In this document: one piece after another, positions 1-11,489 of the stretch | Layout: each line of letters begins with the position of its first letter | How positions within the stretch are numbered: the stretch's first letter is position 1 | Assembly: GCF_006345805.1 (NCBI RefSeq) | Contig: NC_042998.1 | Coordinates: 97,650,001-97,714,000 of the forward strand | Reading direction: 5' to 3' | From: Octopus sinensis | Lineage: Eukaryota | Length of the DNA stretch: 64,000 bases | Program-made: the position numbers and the translations under genes | The notes under the pieces: generated by a model | What the model was told of the DNA's origin: nothing | Seen by the model: the letters and a program-made list of their open reading frames with translations, nothing else | The model's database searches: none

Positions 1-91
1 ATCGCCACAATCCCCTTTGAATAAGATGCCAGTCCATAGCAAAATTAAATACATAGGAATTATTACACTGGTTGTGTTAACAAGACTGCTA

Positions 92-486
92 TCTCTTTTA
101 CTCTTTTACTTGTTTCAGTCATTTGACTGTGGACATGCTGGAGCACCACCTTTAGTCGAACAAATCGATCCCAGGACTTATTCTTTGTAAGCCTAGTACT
201 TATTATATTGGCCTCTTTTGCCAAACCGCTAAGTTACGGGGACGTAAACACACCAGCATTGGTTATCAAGCGATGTTGGGGGGACAAACATAGACACACA
301 CATACATATATATATATATACAACGGCCTTCTTTCAGTTTCTGTCTACCAAATCCACTCACAAGGCTTTGGTCGGCCCGAGGCTATAGTAGAAGACACTT
401 GCCCAAGGTGCCACACAGTGGGACTGAACCCGGAACCATGTGGTTGGTAAGCAAGCTACTTACCACACAGCCACTCCTACGCCTAT
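92..486 (-). mobile_element. tRNA-head SINE, full length (octopus OR-type, CORE-like), CR1-type tail
   Basis: A/B-box-like head (ggagtggctgtgtggtaag...gggttcagtccc), ccttgggcaagtg core start, central microsatellite, tail ggtgctccagcatg..cagtcaaatgactgaaac and (AAAAGAGT)n; near-identical copies at 1182 and 11235. Confidence 0.9.
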
Positions 487-1181
487 GAATTAGTGTAAAT
501 TTTTCTGGTTGGGTTGCAGAAATCCCATAGTTAGTTGTGTAGGTAAACTTTTAGAGAGAAAAGTAAGAGGGAGGCTAGAATAAATGACAGATTGATAAAA
601 TAACATGACATAGCATCCATCATCTCTAATCAATAGGGAACATGATATTCAGAAAATCATCTTTGACATCATGACCATCACTATCACCAATACCAAACAC
701 CAGCATCATAATAATGATAGTCATTTCACTAAATTCTTGCTTCAACAAAGACATTGGAGAAAGGTATGGTCCTTCAGTCTGTCAGATCTTGTCAAACCAT
801 CCAACCCACACCAGCACAGAAAAATGCATATAAAATAATGAAGTTGTTTATGATTATGATGGTGTTGTTGTTTTTGATGATGATGATGATGATTTTAAAA
901 ATTAATTAAAACAACAGCAAGTGTCTTTCAATGAAAGTGTTATTCCTGACTAGTGTAAGCGCTTCAGAAGAGATTCACAGGGGAGACTTCAAACTGATGG
1001 ACAAATTTCTGAAAGTATAGCTAAGAAAGTCATTAATGATATTAATACAAGAGGAGACTAGCTCGAATAAGATGTAATTTTGGTTTGCCCCAGGATGTGA
1101 AAGCTTGTTCCTATTTTTCATGAAACAATGCCAGAGAAGTAGCTAATCAAAAACAAAATTCTACTTTACCTTTGTTGATAT

Positions 1182-1579
1182 ACTCTTTACTCTTTTACTT
1201 GTTTCAGTCATTTGATTGCAGCCATGCTGGAGCACCACCTTTAGTCGAACAAATCGACCCCAGGACTTATTCTTTGTAAGCCTAGTACTTATTCTATCGG
1301 TCTCTTTTGCCGAACTGCTAAGTTACAGGGACATAAACACACCAGCATCGGTTGTCAAGTGATGTTGGTGGGGGACAAACACAGACACACAAACACATAT
1401 ATATACATGTATACGACAGGCTTCTTTCAGTTTCTGTCTACCAAATCCACTCACAAGGCTTTAGTCGGCCCAAGGCTATAGCAGAAGACACTTGCCCAAG
1501 GTGCCACACAGTGGGACTAAACCCGGAACCATGTGGTTGGTAAGCAAGCTACTTACCACACAGCCACTCCTGCACCTAT
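1182..1579 (-). mobile_element. tRNA-head SINE, full length, same family
   Basis: Aligns end to end with the copy at 92-486. Confidence 0.9.
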
Positions 1580-1586
1580 TGTGTGA

Positions 1587-1705
1587 CACTTATAGCACCT
1601 AGGTTTCCCAAGCAGTCACCCGTCTAAGTACCAACTAGGCTCAACGTTGCTTAACTTCGGTGATTGGACAAGAACCAGTGCTTTCAACATGATATGGCCA
1701 TAAGC
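1587..1705 (-). pseudogene. 5S rRNA pseudogene / dispersed 5S copy
   Basis: Minus strand reads gcttatggccatatcatgttgaaagcactggttcttgtccaatcaccgaagttaagcaacgttgagcctagttggtacttagacgggtgactgcttgggaaacctaggtgctataag (about 119 nt, recognisable metazoan 5S). Several apparent CpG transitions; no T-run terminator. Confidence 0.9.
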
Positions 1706-1739
1706 ATGGGGAATTTTTTAAACTCATTCCCACTTTCTG

Positions 1740-2800
1740 TAGTACAGAGAAAAGCTGAAAGTTGAAGATTAGCATATGAGAGCCATTAAATCACAAAACC
1801 AAAGGGGCTGCAAAATTGGTTGTAAGTTCACAGAGGAATTTGATGTAAGGGTCAGTAGGCATTCACCAGGCTTCTTCAGTTCTTTAAATATTTCTAATGG
1901 CAATGAAGCAATCCAGAACCGGATGTCTGTGCAAAGTTTTCCATGCTTGATGAAATGGTTCCTATTGTAGAATTTGTAGCTGAAGAAGTTCCAATCCCGG
2001 AAGAATGGGCTAGCACAAACTCCAAGAGCCATTTGAGAAGATACTTTGCTCAGTGTATAAGAAAGGAGCATGTAGGAATTTGATACTATGTAGTTAGTAT
2101 CAAATTTCTACTATTTCTATGTAATCAGTATCAAAGAATTCAGTACAGAAAAATGGGTACACAAAAGGAGGGCAGTGAAATCTCCAGGAGACTGATTAAA
2201 GAAAAAGGACTTCACATGCACATAAGTAATTAGCAATATAAATATGCATGAAACGAAGTCTCTGAACTGCTCTGTTGGCTTGCAAAGTGCAGTAGATATT
2301 TTCAATAAGTTAAGTGAGTTAGTGCAGATGGTAGATGTAGTGACAATATAATAGGCAGAGTAGAAGAGAGACTGAAGAAATGCAAGGATTGTTAACTCTG
2401 TAAACAGTTGTAAATAGCGCAAGGAGTGTGGTACTACAGAGGCTTAAATTTAGGATTTGTGGTGGTTGAAGATAAATGGGTCACACATGGTCTTTTTGAT
2501 GTACAGTCTGAGTTGGAAAAAAAATCAAGTAGCACATATGTGAGTTGAGAGAATGCCTGAACGTTAAAAGTATATGCTGATGTAAGGAGAAATAACTGCA
2601 CTAGTAAAAACGGGAATGGGCAATAAGGGTCTGATATAAGAGCTGTGTACAGACAGCACAAAGTACCTACAACAAAGACTAAGTAAATCACAATAAGGAG
2701 TGAAGAAGTCAGATAACAATGTGTCAGACCTCGTCTCTTTCTCTCTAAGTGCCACACCTGTTTTACAGGCATCAGTAACTATAGAACTACATGCCAAAGT
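1740..2800 (-). mobile_element. Highly degenerate CR1-group LINE ORF2 remnant
   Basis: Frameshifted patches: LSKVSSQMALG, PFF, PSMEN..GSG, LQP, resembling the region C-terminal to the RT core. Confidence 0.45.
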
Positions 2801-3479
2801 CTGAAGATTCATGGTTTTTCTTGAAGGAAACAGCAGTAGTTTCCCATTGCTTTCTGTTGGTTTATTTACAGTTTATTCTGATAGTCAACTGTTCTGAGCT
2901 TATCCTTGAGGCACAGAGTATATTTAACTTTTCAGTAGAGGGACTGGTTCACGATATCAGTATGTGTCCATACATTGGCGGGCCTGTGTGACACACTAAA
3001 GGGATGATCTGGAGGTCAGTCCTCCTCAGTCTTGTATACCTTAGTCATAGAACCAGTTTCTGTTATGTGATCCATAACTATCAAGTACTTTTGATAGGTA
3101 CTGCCATGCTGGGTCAGAGAAGACCTAGGAATAGCAGTGACTAAAGGGTTACTTGACACTTTCCAAAATTCCTGAACTACTTAAGCTGGAACCTCACCAC
3201 TAAATGCAGTTTAATACCTTGCCCAGATGAGATAAAAGAGATTCAGTTTTTCATATAGAAAAATATAAGGGTGAAGGAACTCATTAGAATAGTAACTCAT
3301 CATCATTGTCGTTTAACGTCCACATTAAAAAAATAACAAGTCTAAGTATGACTGGGCCAAACTTCTTGGATCATATAAACAAATTTAGCCTTTGACAATT
3401 CTCCTTTAAACATCAGTTTTCCTGTAGACTTCATAACACCTTTGATCTGATATATATATGACCCCTTTCCAGACATTCA

Positions 3480-3900
3480 AATGCTAACCATGACATTGCT
3501 ACCACTGTTTAATTATTGGAGACATGAGATAAGGTGATGAAAAGATGTTACATTTGATGAAGGAGATGACTGAAGGCAATACATGATGCTGCAGAAAACC
3601 CAACTTTCGACAAAAGTTTAATGCATGCACTCCTGCCTTGCCTATATTTTATTTAGTTTTTGTATGCATCTCCATCCATCTAAAGCTCCTATACCCTCAT
3701 AGTTACTCCACCGTCTATTCTAAATGCTGTCCTACTCATGACATACTGAATATCACTTTTCCCCCCACACCTCAACCACCTATATCCTGCCTTCTTCCCC
3801 ATCATGTTTTTGTTATTGCCTTCTGCACAGTGGCAGCTCGTGCATAGGCACTGCGGAACTGCAGCACCCCCTATTTCCACTTGATATTATCGATATCATT
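3480..3900 (+). mobile_element. Degenerate RTE ORF end plus pyrimidine-rich 3'UTR
   Basis: aaggagatgactgaagg..gatgctgcagaaaacc (KEMTE..A.EKT-like) followed by sequence resembling the RTE 3'UTR at 62.8-63.6 kb. Confidence 0.4.
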
Positions 3901-4884
3901 CAATATGAGTCCTTTTTTTTTTCTTTAATTCATTCCTTATACTTGTACATTATATAAAATCTTTAAGCTTAATGTCAGTAGCCATCCTCTAGTTTATGAA
4001 AAAAATACAAAAATCCTTGTATAGAACTGTGCGCTTCACAGTTCCAGCAACACAGCATTTGGCTGATGTGCGCATGCCCACATGTCTGAGATAGGAAGCT
4101 TCATGCTAGGGAGAGATACTCATAACCATCACATGAAGTAACTGTGAAAGGTAATGTTTCTTTTTGTCTGTGTGTTGTGCTTTAAAAAATATTTATATTT
4201 TTGAATGTGATAAACTGTAGAATAAGATTATTATCCTGCTTCCAGCATCAGTGTTCCTGCCAAGATTTGAAAAATAGGGCAGATTTTCCCCATTTATTTT
4301 GTGATTTGGGGGGGGGGGGTGAAAAATAAAGGGGAATTCATGGCAGTGAACAAATTAAATACACTACCTGGCAGTGGCTAAAACGTGAACCAATCAAGTT
4401 TATGTATAAACATTTTTATGTTTGTTTCCCTTTACACAATATTAAAACGGCTAAAAATTTTCTGAAGCAGCACCCTAACTAATTTTATCTACAAGCTACC
4501 ACTGCTTCTGCAACCTTTACCTGTTCTCTTCAATTCTCATCACTATGCTCTTTTGGACATGTTACCTTATGATGTCTTTGACCCCTTGTTATCATCTTTC
4601 TCTCTCCTCTGCACCACTTCAGACACTCAAGCATAAAATGCAGTAGCACACATCTCTTTCTACTCCCTTCTTACCACCCTTGTAAGAGACTTTCACCAAT
4701 TTCCTGATATTAAGCTTTCCCTTACCCTTCCATTATCCAGTTCTATATCCTTCCTTTATGTATCATTTAACCCATCCACGTATAATGTAGGGTAGCACTA
4801 CATCCTATGCTCAACCTTCTGCAATGCCTTATCACACTCACTAGCACTCTAACATTACTTTCCACTTCCCTCTCCCAACAATAA

Positions 4885-5420
4885 ACTTACTGATTTCAAA
4901 TTTTGGCAAAAAAGCCAGCAATTTTTGGGAAGGGATAAGTTGATTGCATTGGCTCAGCATTCAACTGGTACTTATTTTATTGATCCCAAAGGAATGAAAG
5001 CCGAAGTCAACCTCAGCATGATTTGAACTCAGAATGTGAAGACGGACAAAATGCCACTAAGCATTTTGCCTGGCATGCTAACGATTCTTCCTGCTCACCT
5101 TAATAAGAAGCTTAGCTTAAGTTGTAGGGATTCAAACCCCAACTGCAAGATATTCAGTCAGAGATCATGAGTAAGCCACCACCATTTCACGTGACTGATC
5201 TATATTTGAATTTGAAATTTTGGCGCAAGGCCAGCAATTTCTGAGAAGGAGGTAAGTAAATGACATTGACCTCAGTGCTTAACTGGTATTTATTTTACTG
5301 ACCCCGAAAGGATGAAAGGCAAAGACAACTTCAGCAGAATTTGAACTTAGAATGTGAAGACAGATGAAATGCCACTAAGCATTTTGCCTGGCATGCTAAT
5401 GATTCTACCAGCATGCCACT
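4885..5420 (-). mobile_element. Two tandem copies of a second tRNA-derived SINE family (gagctggcagaa-type)
   Basis: Both contain the reverse complement of ttagcatgccaggcaaaatgcttag..gagttcaaat..ctttcatcctttcgggg..taagtaccagt, shared with 47040-47256 and 53091-53290. Confidence 0.8.
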
Positions 5421-5749
5421 GTAAGAACAATCTTGTGCCGGAACTAACAATCCAACTCATGCTGGAATGTCAGATTGACTCACCCATATACTTAGTCTAC
5501 CTGCATATCTCCACTCTGGTTTCTCCTCATGCCAAGCAGATAAATCTTTCGCCTTTTACTTCACCCTGCCGTATCAACATTACTTTGTTTCCTTTTCTTT
5601 TATCCCAACTATGTTCCTTTTATTATTCTCCACATTACCATCCTTGCACTATAAATCTGTTCCTTACATTATAGGTTACTCTTTCACTTAGCAAGCTGCA
5701 AGGCAACTTCTGTAGAACTGGTGCCACAAAAAAATGCACCAAGCACTCT

Positions 5750-5970
5750 CTATTGTCAAACTGCTAAGTTACAGGGATGTGAACAAACTAACACTAGTTA
5801 AGTAGGAGTCAAACATATAAACATGACAAGCTTCCATACAGTTTCAACCCACCAAGTTCACTCACAAGGCATTGGCTGACCCAGGGCTATAACGGAAATA
5901 TTTGGCAAAGGTTCCACACAATGGGACTAAATCCAAAACATGGTTGCAAAATAAGCATCTTTACCACAAT
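5750..5970 (-). mobile_element. Degenerate OR-type SINE
   Basis: ctgctaagttacagggatgtgaacaaac..cactcacaaggcattggctgacccagggctata..gggactaaatcc match the family. Confidence 0.7.
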
Positions 5971-6619
5971 ATCTGTCCATAAAAATAACTAGCCTATCTG
6001 GTAGGGAATCGAATGCTAATGTCCCATGTGGCAGGTAAAATACTTGCCACTATTCTACTGAGAACTAGCTAATTAAAATTTCCATGTTGAACCTTACATT
6101 ATTTAAGAGTAAAAAAGAAAAAAGGTGCCAGGCAATGGGACTGAACCCAAAACTGTGTAGTAGCAAGGCAAGCACCTTAACCACACAATCATACCTGCAC
6201 CCAAAAAAATAATTAGCTTCTCTGGCAGGAAACTTAACCACTATTCTATTGAAGACTAGCTAATTAAATCATGTTGAATCTTACTTTATTGAGTAAAAAT
6301 CATTTATTCAAGCATAGTTTGAATTGTGATTTAGTATACTCAGTCACAACGCATACATATGTTAGCAGTAGAAACCATGCAAGCTGATGTATATAATGTA
6401 CTTGGATTTCAGTGTCAGAAGCCTAAGATCATTAGGTGTGAAGAAGCTTTTACTTGAGTCATAGTGTCTCATTAAGTAATACATGTCATTTCACACAGGC
6501 AACTCTCATGGTACAAACCTATGATCAAATGCACTAACTATGAATCTATGTTAGGAAACTTATTTACTTCCCTAGCTGCAATTCATAACCAATTATTTTT
6601 GCATGCCATGATCAATTAT

Positions 6620-6990
6620 CAGATGTGGAGGTGTGGTTAAGAAGCACAATTCCACACCATGTAGTCTCGGGTTCAGTGCCACTGAGAGACCTGGGTGTCT
6701 TCAACTACAGTTTTGGGCTGAATATCTTGTTAGTGGATTTGATAGACAGAAACTGAAAGAAGTCCATTGTGTGCATATGTATGTTCAAACCCTTGTCTTG
6801 ATCTCATGTGATGGTTATGAGTATCACTGCTATACAATTCCAGTCTTCCACAAAAAACATATCAGGCCATGGGAAATATCCATCATGCTAAAGGGTTGGC
6901 AACAGGAAGAGCCTCAGATGTAGAAAATCTGTTACAAAATATTTTGTCTGACCCAATGCAAGCATGGAAAAAGACATTAACTAATGATGA
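6620..6990 (+). mobile_element. SINE with OR-type head/core but RTE-type (GAT) tail
   Basis: Head gtgtggttaagaag..gggttcagtgccac, core gtggatttgatagacagaaactgaaagaag, tail caggaagagcctcagatgtagaaaatc..gcatggaaaaagacattaa..gatga. Confidence 0.65.
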
Positions 6991-7928
6991 ATTCCACAGA
7001 GCCATTAAAATGTATTCCAGTGTCAATGTCTGACTTTGCATTAGGGCTCTCAAAGAATTAAAACAAGATTAGCCCTTCTCATAACTTATCAGCAGTCTCA
7101 ATACAAGGACTATGTTGTTCATTCTAACAATACGCTATATCATCACTTTCTCTACCATGACTTGCGTTTCAACTCCCCCACCATCACACCCTTATATATT
7201 TTTCCATTTGTTATTGTAAAAGTTGAGGTTAAGTGATAGGTGTTTACAGTTGAGTGGGAAATATATCAGAATAGTTTGATAGAAACAGTTCTCTCTATAT
7301 AAACTAATATTACACATCAATCAGTAAAGTCGTCATATCATATTTTCCATGTGCTTGAATGGGTTAAAGGGTTGCATCAAGCTCCAATGCCAGCTTTGAC
7401 GTGGTTTCTATGACCAGATACCCTTCCTGATGGCAACCACTTTACAGAATGTACTAGGTGCTTTTCTTATACCACTAGCACCAGTGAAGTTGCTCACTCC
7501 AAAATGTAATTTTCTTTTGAAATCTTACATTCCTTTACAATTTTGTGTCATATTTTAAAAAGTCTGACAGGAATATGGTCAAACAAATAAGAAAATAAAA
7601 TCAACAAAACTTCAGGGGAGGGGATATTTTTTATTTATATTTTTGAGATAATGCCAATGTTTTTAAATGAGATAAAAGAAAAACTGTATAAAATATGTTG
7701 TAATTTATGTTTTTTATGTTTAAATTTCATCAATATTATGAAATGCAATTTCACATACAAATATTAATTGACTAATGTTTGTTTTGTTGCTTTTTTTTTG
7801 GTGTGTTGAAAGTGAGTGTTTTGAAAGTGTGTCTTGAGAACAATTCTAAACAGAAATGTCATAAAATGAAGATGAAGTTATACAATGAAATTATATTTAA
7901 AATTATGCTTTCCTTTTTAAAAATACAT

Positions 7929-8320
7929 CTAAATAATTCCATTAGCACAATTATTTAATGGTATATTATTATTTTGTGCTTTTGAATGACTCTTACGAGC
8001 TTTTTTACTTAAGTCTGTCACTTCATTATGATCTTTGTTAGATTCTTCAGCATTAGAAGATAGTTGAAAGATATTTTCAACTGGAGAATAACAGCACCAT
8101 TCTTCTGACAACGGATTAAAATATTCAAGGGAATCTAAAAATTTCTTGCCACTAAAACCACCAACAGCAAAAAGTTTGTTTCCAAGTGTAACTACACTAA
8201 CATTGGCTCTGTCCATACCAAGTTGAGGGCCAAGACTCCAACTGTCATTTTCTTTGTCATAAACTTCTGTAGAGCGTAGAGAACGTGTACCATCACTGCC
8301 TCCAACAACCATGATTTTGC
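7929..8320 (-). CDS. IVNS1ABP: Coding exon 12, Kelch 5-6, C-terminal tail, TAG stop
   Basis: (G)KIMVVGGSDG...LFAVGGFSGKKFLDSLEYFNPLSEEW; stop TAG at 7931-7929. Confidence 0.95.
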
Positions 8321-11300
8321 CTACATGAAGAAAATAAAAAATTGAAACACTTGTTTATAAGGACAGGAAAATGATTTTACAAAAACCTTTAGATTATTTT
8401 ACTTCAATAAAATTGAAGCTGAAAGAGTTGTAAATGTTAATAACCAATCAATCCAATCTAAGATTTTGGCTTTCAAACTCAAATGTATTGATTTTCTTGC
8501 AACTTATTTTTAAAGTCAATATGTGTATGAATGCATATTCAGTCCCAAGAGTTCAATGAGATAAGACCTCCCCACTGATAAAAAAAATAGTACTCAGATG
8601 ATCTGATAACTTATTCTCAACAGTTATAACGGATAAAAAACTTTTTCTTTTTTTTTTTTTACTGACTAAACGATTTCAGTTTGCAACAGATTTAACATTT
8701 CCTGCAGCATTTATTTAAAAACTTGATGCATTTTTAAGTAAATATGCCTAGATTTCCAGTCTATTCAGTTTGATTTACAAGGGAAATAACTGTCTTTCTT
8801 GAGAAAAAATGAAATTTGTTCAAATACAATCAAGATTGGTAAGTCAATATTTACTTAAAATATTAGATATATTGTGAAATCATTTAGCTCATTAAATGTC
8901 TTAATCATGTCCAAGTGAGAAAAGAAAACTAACACAAAACTAAAAAAAAGAACATTAAAGAACACTGAATCAATGAAACTAAAATTTAAATAACTTAAAG
9001 AAAGGACTAAACATTACCTTCAATAATGTCTGCACCAGCACCTCGGCGAGGAGTATTTAGACAGCTATATGTTTGCCAAACGTCAGTATTAGGATCATAA
9101 ACATTGACAGAGTTCAAGCAATTCCAACTGCTGCTACCACCAATAGCAAAGATTTTACCATCATAAGTGCAAAGAGCAGCTTGAAAATGACCTATCAATT
9201 AAAAAGCAAAGAAAAATTTTCCTGAACAACATACAGTAATGAAAACAGCAAAAAAGAAAAAAGAATTCCATTGCAAGTCAATAAAAGACAATATTACAAT
9301 ATTTTACCTTAATTTATTTTAAAATACTTTTAATAAAAACTCAAATACAACAGAAACTAAGCGAAATTCACTAACAGACTCTGATGATGACTAAAAGTAG
9401 CAAAAACATAGAAAGGTAGATATCTACAAAGAAAACAGTCAATTACAAATTTTTTTAACATGATGACGGAAAGTTTCATAGGACTAGACACTGCAAGTTT
9501 AGATATATTTATGATTGAATAATGAGCAATAAATGTTATTGGCACAAATTTGCAGTGGAAAGATATAGTTGATAGAAACTACACTTATACACATTATTTC
9601 ACCAACCTTGGAGAAGGCCCCCAGCAGATTATGAAGATTGAAACAAAATATAGAATAACAGATATTAGAAGCAAAAACAAGATTACTAATAAATATTACC
9701 ATCACCCCTGCCAACTACTTCCAAAATTGCACTTAATTTGAGTGTCCTATTCTTATTTGCATGTCTTTATTTAAGTTTTTGTTATTTTATTCTATATTTA
9801 TTAACAAGTAATTTTCATGATAATTCTTATTAGAACAGTATTAACAGTTACGGTAAACTTTTAACTTCCTGTAGAACACAGTACCCAACATGTCAGCCAG
9901 TCCTGAAACACCCAATAATCCCTAAGAGATACTGCTTTCTTTGATTTGAGTTTCCTACAGTCGAATGCCCTTCCTGACACTAACTCTTGCCTGTTTTAAA
10001 GCAGGGTACCATTTTCCTCACCCCAACCACCCAAAGCTTACTGCCAGGACGTGTTTTCATGGCTAATTAAATAGATATCATCTATACAATAGTACCACTG
10101 TTTAGTGTTAACATTTATGCAGCTATAAGCTTCCTTTCTTTTTGTTTCATCACACAACACTTATTTTTTGACAAGAACAAAATTTTGAACTACTTTACTC
10201 TCAATTGGTTTCATTACTTATCAGTTTTAAATTTTATTTGGTGGTATCAGCTAACATCAATAAATGATGGTATTTATTACTTTAATGTGAAGTTTGCTTT
10301 TACAAAACAACATTCATCAACATTGAATGTCCGTTTTCTGTACTGGCATGTTTTGAACAATGACAGAAGTTGGCAAGCCTTTCTACAGCTGGATGCCCTT
10401 CCTAATGCCAACCACTTTACGGAGTGTACCGGGCACTTTTTATGTGGCACTACAATTGCAAAAAAGGCAGTATGTTGATATTATATTAAAATGAAGTGCT
10501 AACCTAATAATGTACATTCCTGAGAGTCAATGCTCACCAATCAAGAGGCCAAAAATAAGATAAATGGAGCATTGCAAGATAATGAATTCTAGATTGACAA
10601 TCATTATATAGTGAAATCAAGAATTTATTTTACACAATTACAAACCTTCATTCAGTAAAGCAATGCTGTGCCATTTGTTAGTAACTGGATCATAAGCTTC
10701 ACAATCTGCAATACAGCGTTGACCAGTGCAGCCACCAATGCAATAGATCTTGTTATTTAGTGCAACAACACCTAATAAAATAAAAAAAATATACACTTGG
10801 CTTAATGGCAAACTTCAAGTTTAGAAAAATATTCAAGATTTTGTTTATCAAATTCAAGAAAAATTACTTACCAGGACATGAGCGTTCTGTCTGCATATCA
10901 GCAACAAAAGACCATTTGTTAGTTTCTGTGTCATAGCATTCTACAGACCGCAGTTCATGGTGACCATCAGAGCCACCACATGCATACAGCTTGTTGTTAA
11001 GAACAGCCACAGCAACACGTCCACGTGCAACTTTCATTGGTGGCAAACTTGTCCAAACATTATCCTGAATATTAAACATCTCAGCACTTCTCAAACATTC
11101 ACCTCTCTCGTAACCACCTAGAAAAATGAAATGAAAACATCTTCATAGAAATGCTTACAATCAAGAATTATTTTAGTTGTTACTATCATTCAGTAAAGCA
11201 TTTATCAGTAATATAGAATGATAAAACTGGAGTATACTCTTTTTTTTTTTTTTTATACGTGTTTCAGTCATTTGACTGTGGCCATGCTGGAGCACCGCCT

Positions 11301-11444
11301 TTAGTCAAGCAAATCGACCCCGGCACTTATTCTTTGTAAGCCCAGTACTTATTCTATCGGTCTCTTTTGCTGAACCGCTAAGTGACGGGGACGTAAACAC
11401 ACCAGCATCGCTTGTCAAGCAATGCTAGGCGGACAGACACACAA

Positions 11445-11489
<45 letters not shown>

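Noticed and set aside
208-450. Recurrent peptide CPRCHTVGLNPEPCGW (also 1352, 11422) suggesting a small gene family
   Set aside because: Translation of the antisense strand of SINE copies.
400-486. tRNA genes
   Set aside because: All A/B-box-like sequences are SINE heads that continue into SINE bodies; no complete cloverleaf was seen.
1587-1705. Functional 5S rRNA gene
   Set aside because: Several apparent CpG transitions, no oligo-T terminator, single copy among retroposons; called a pseudogene.
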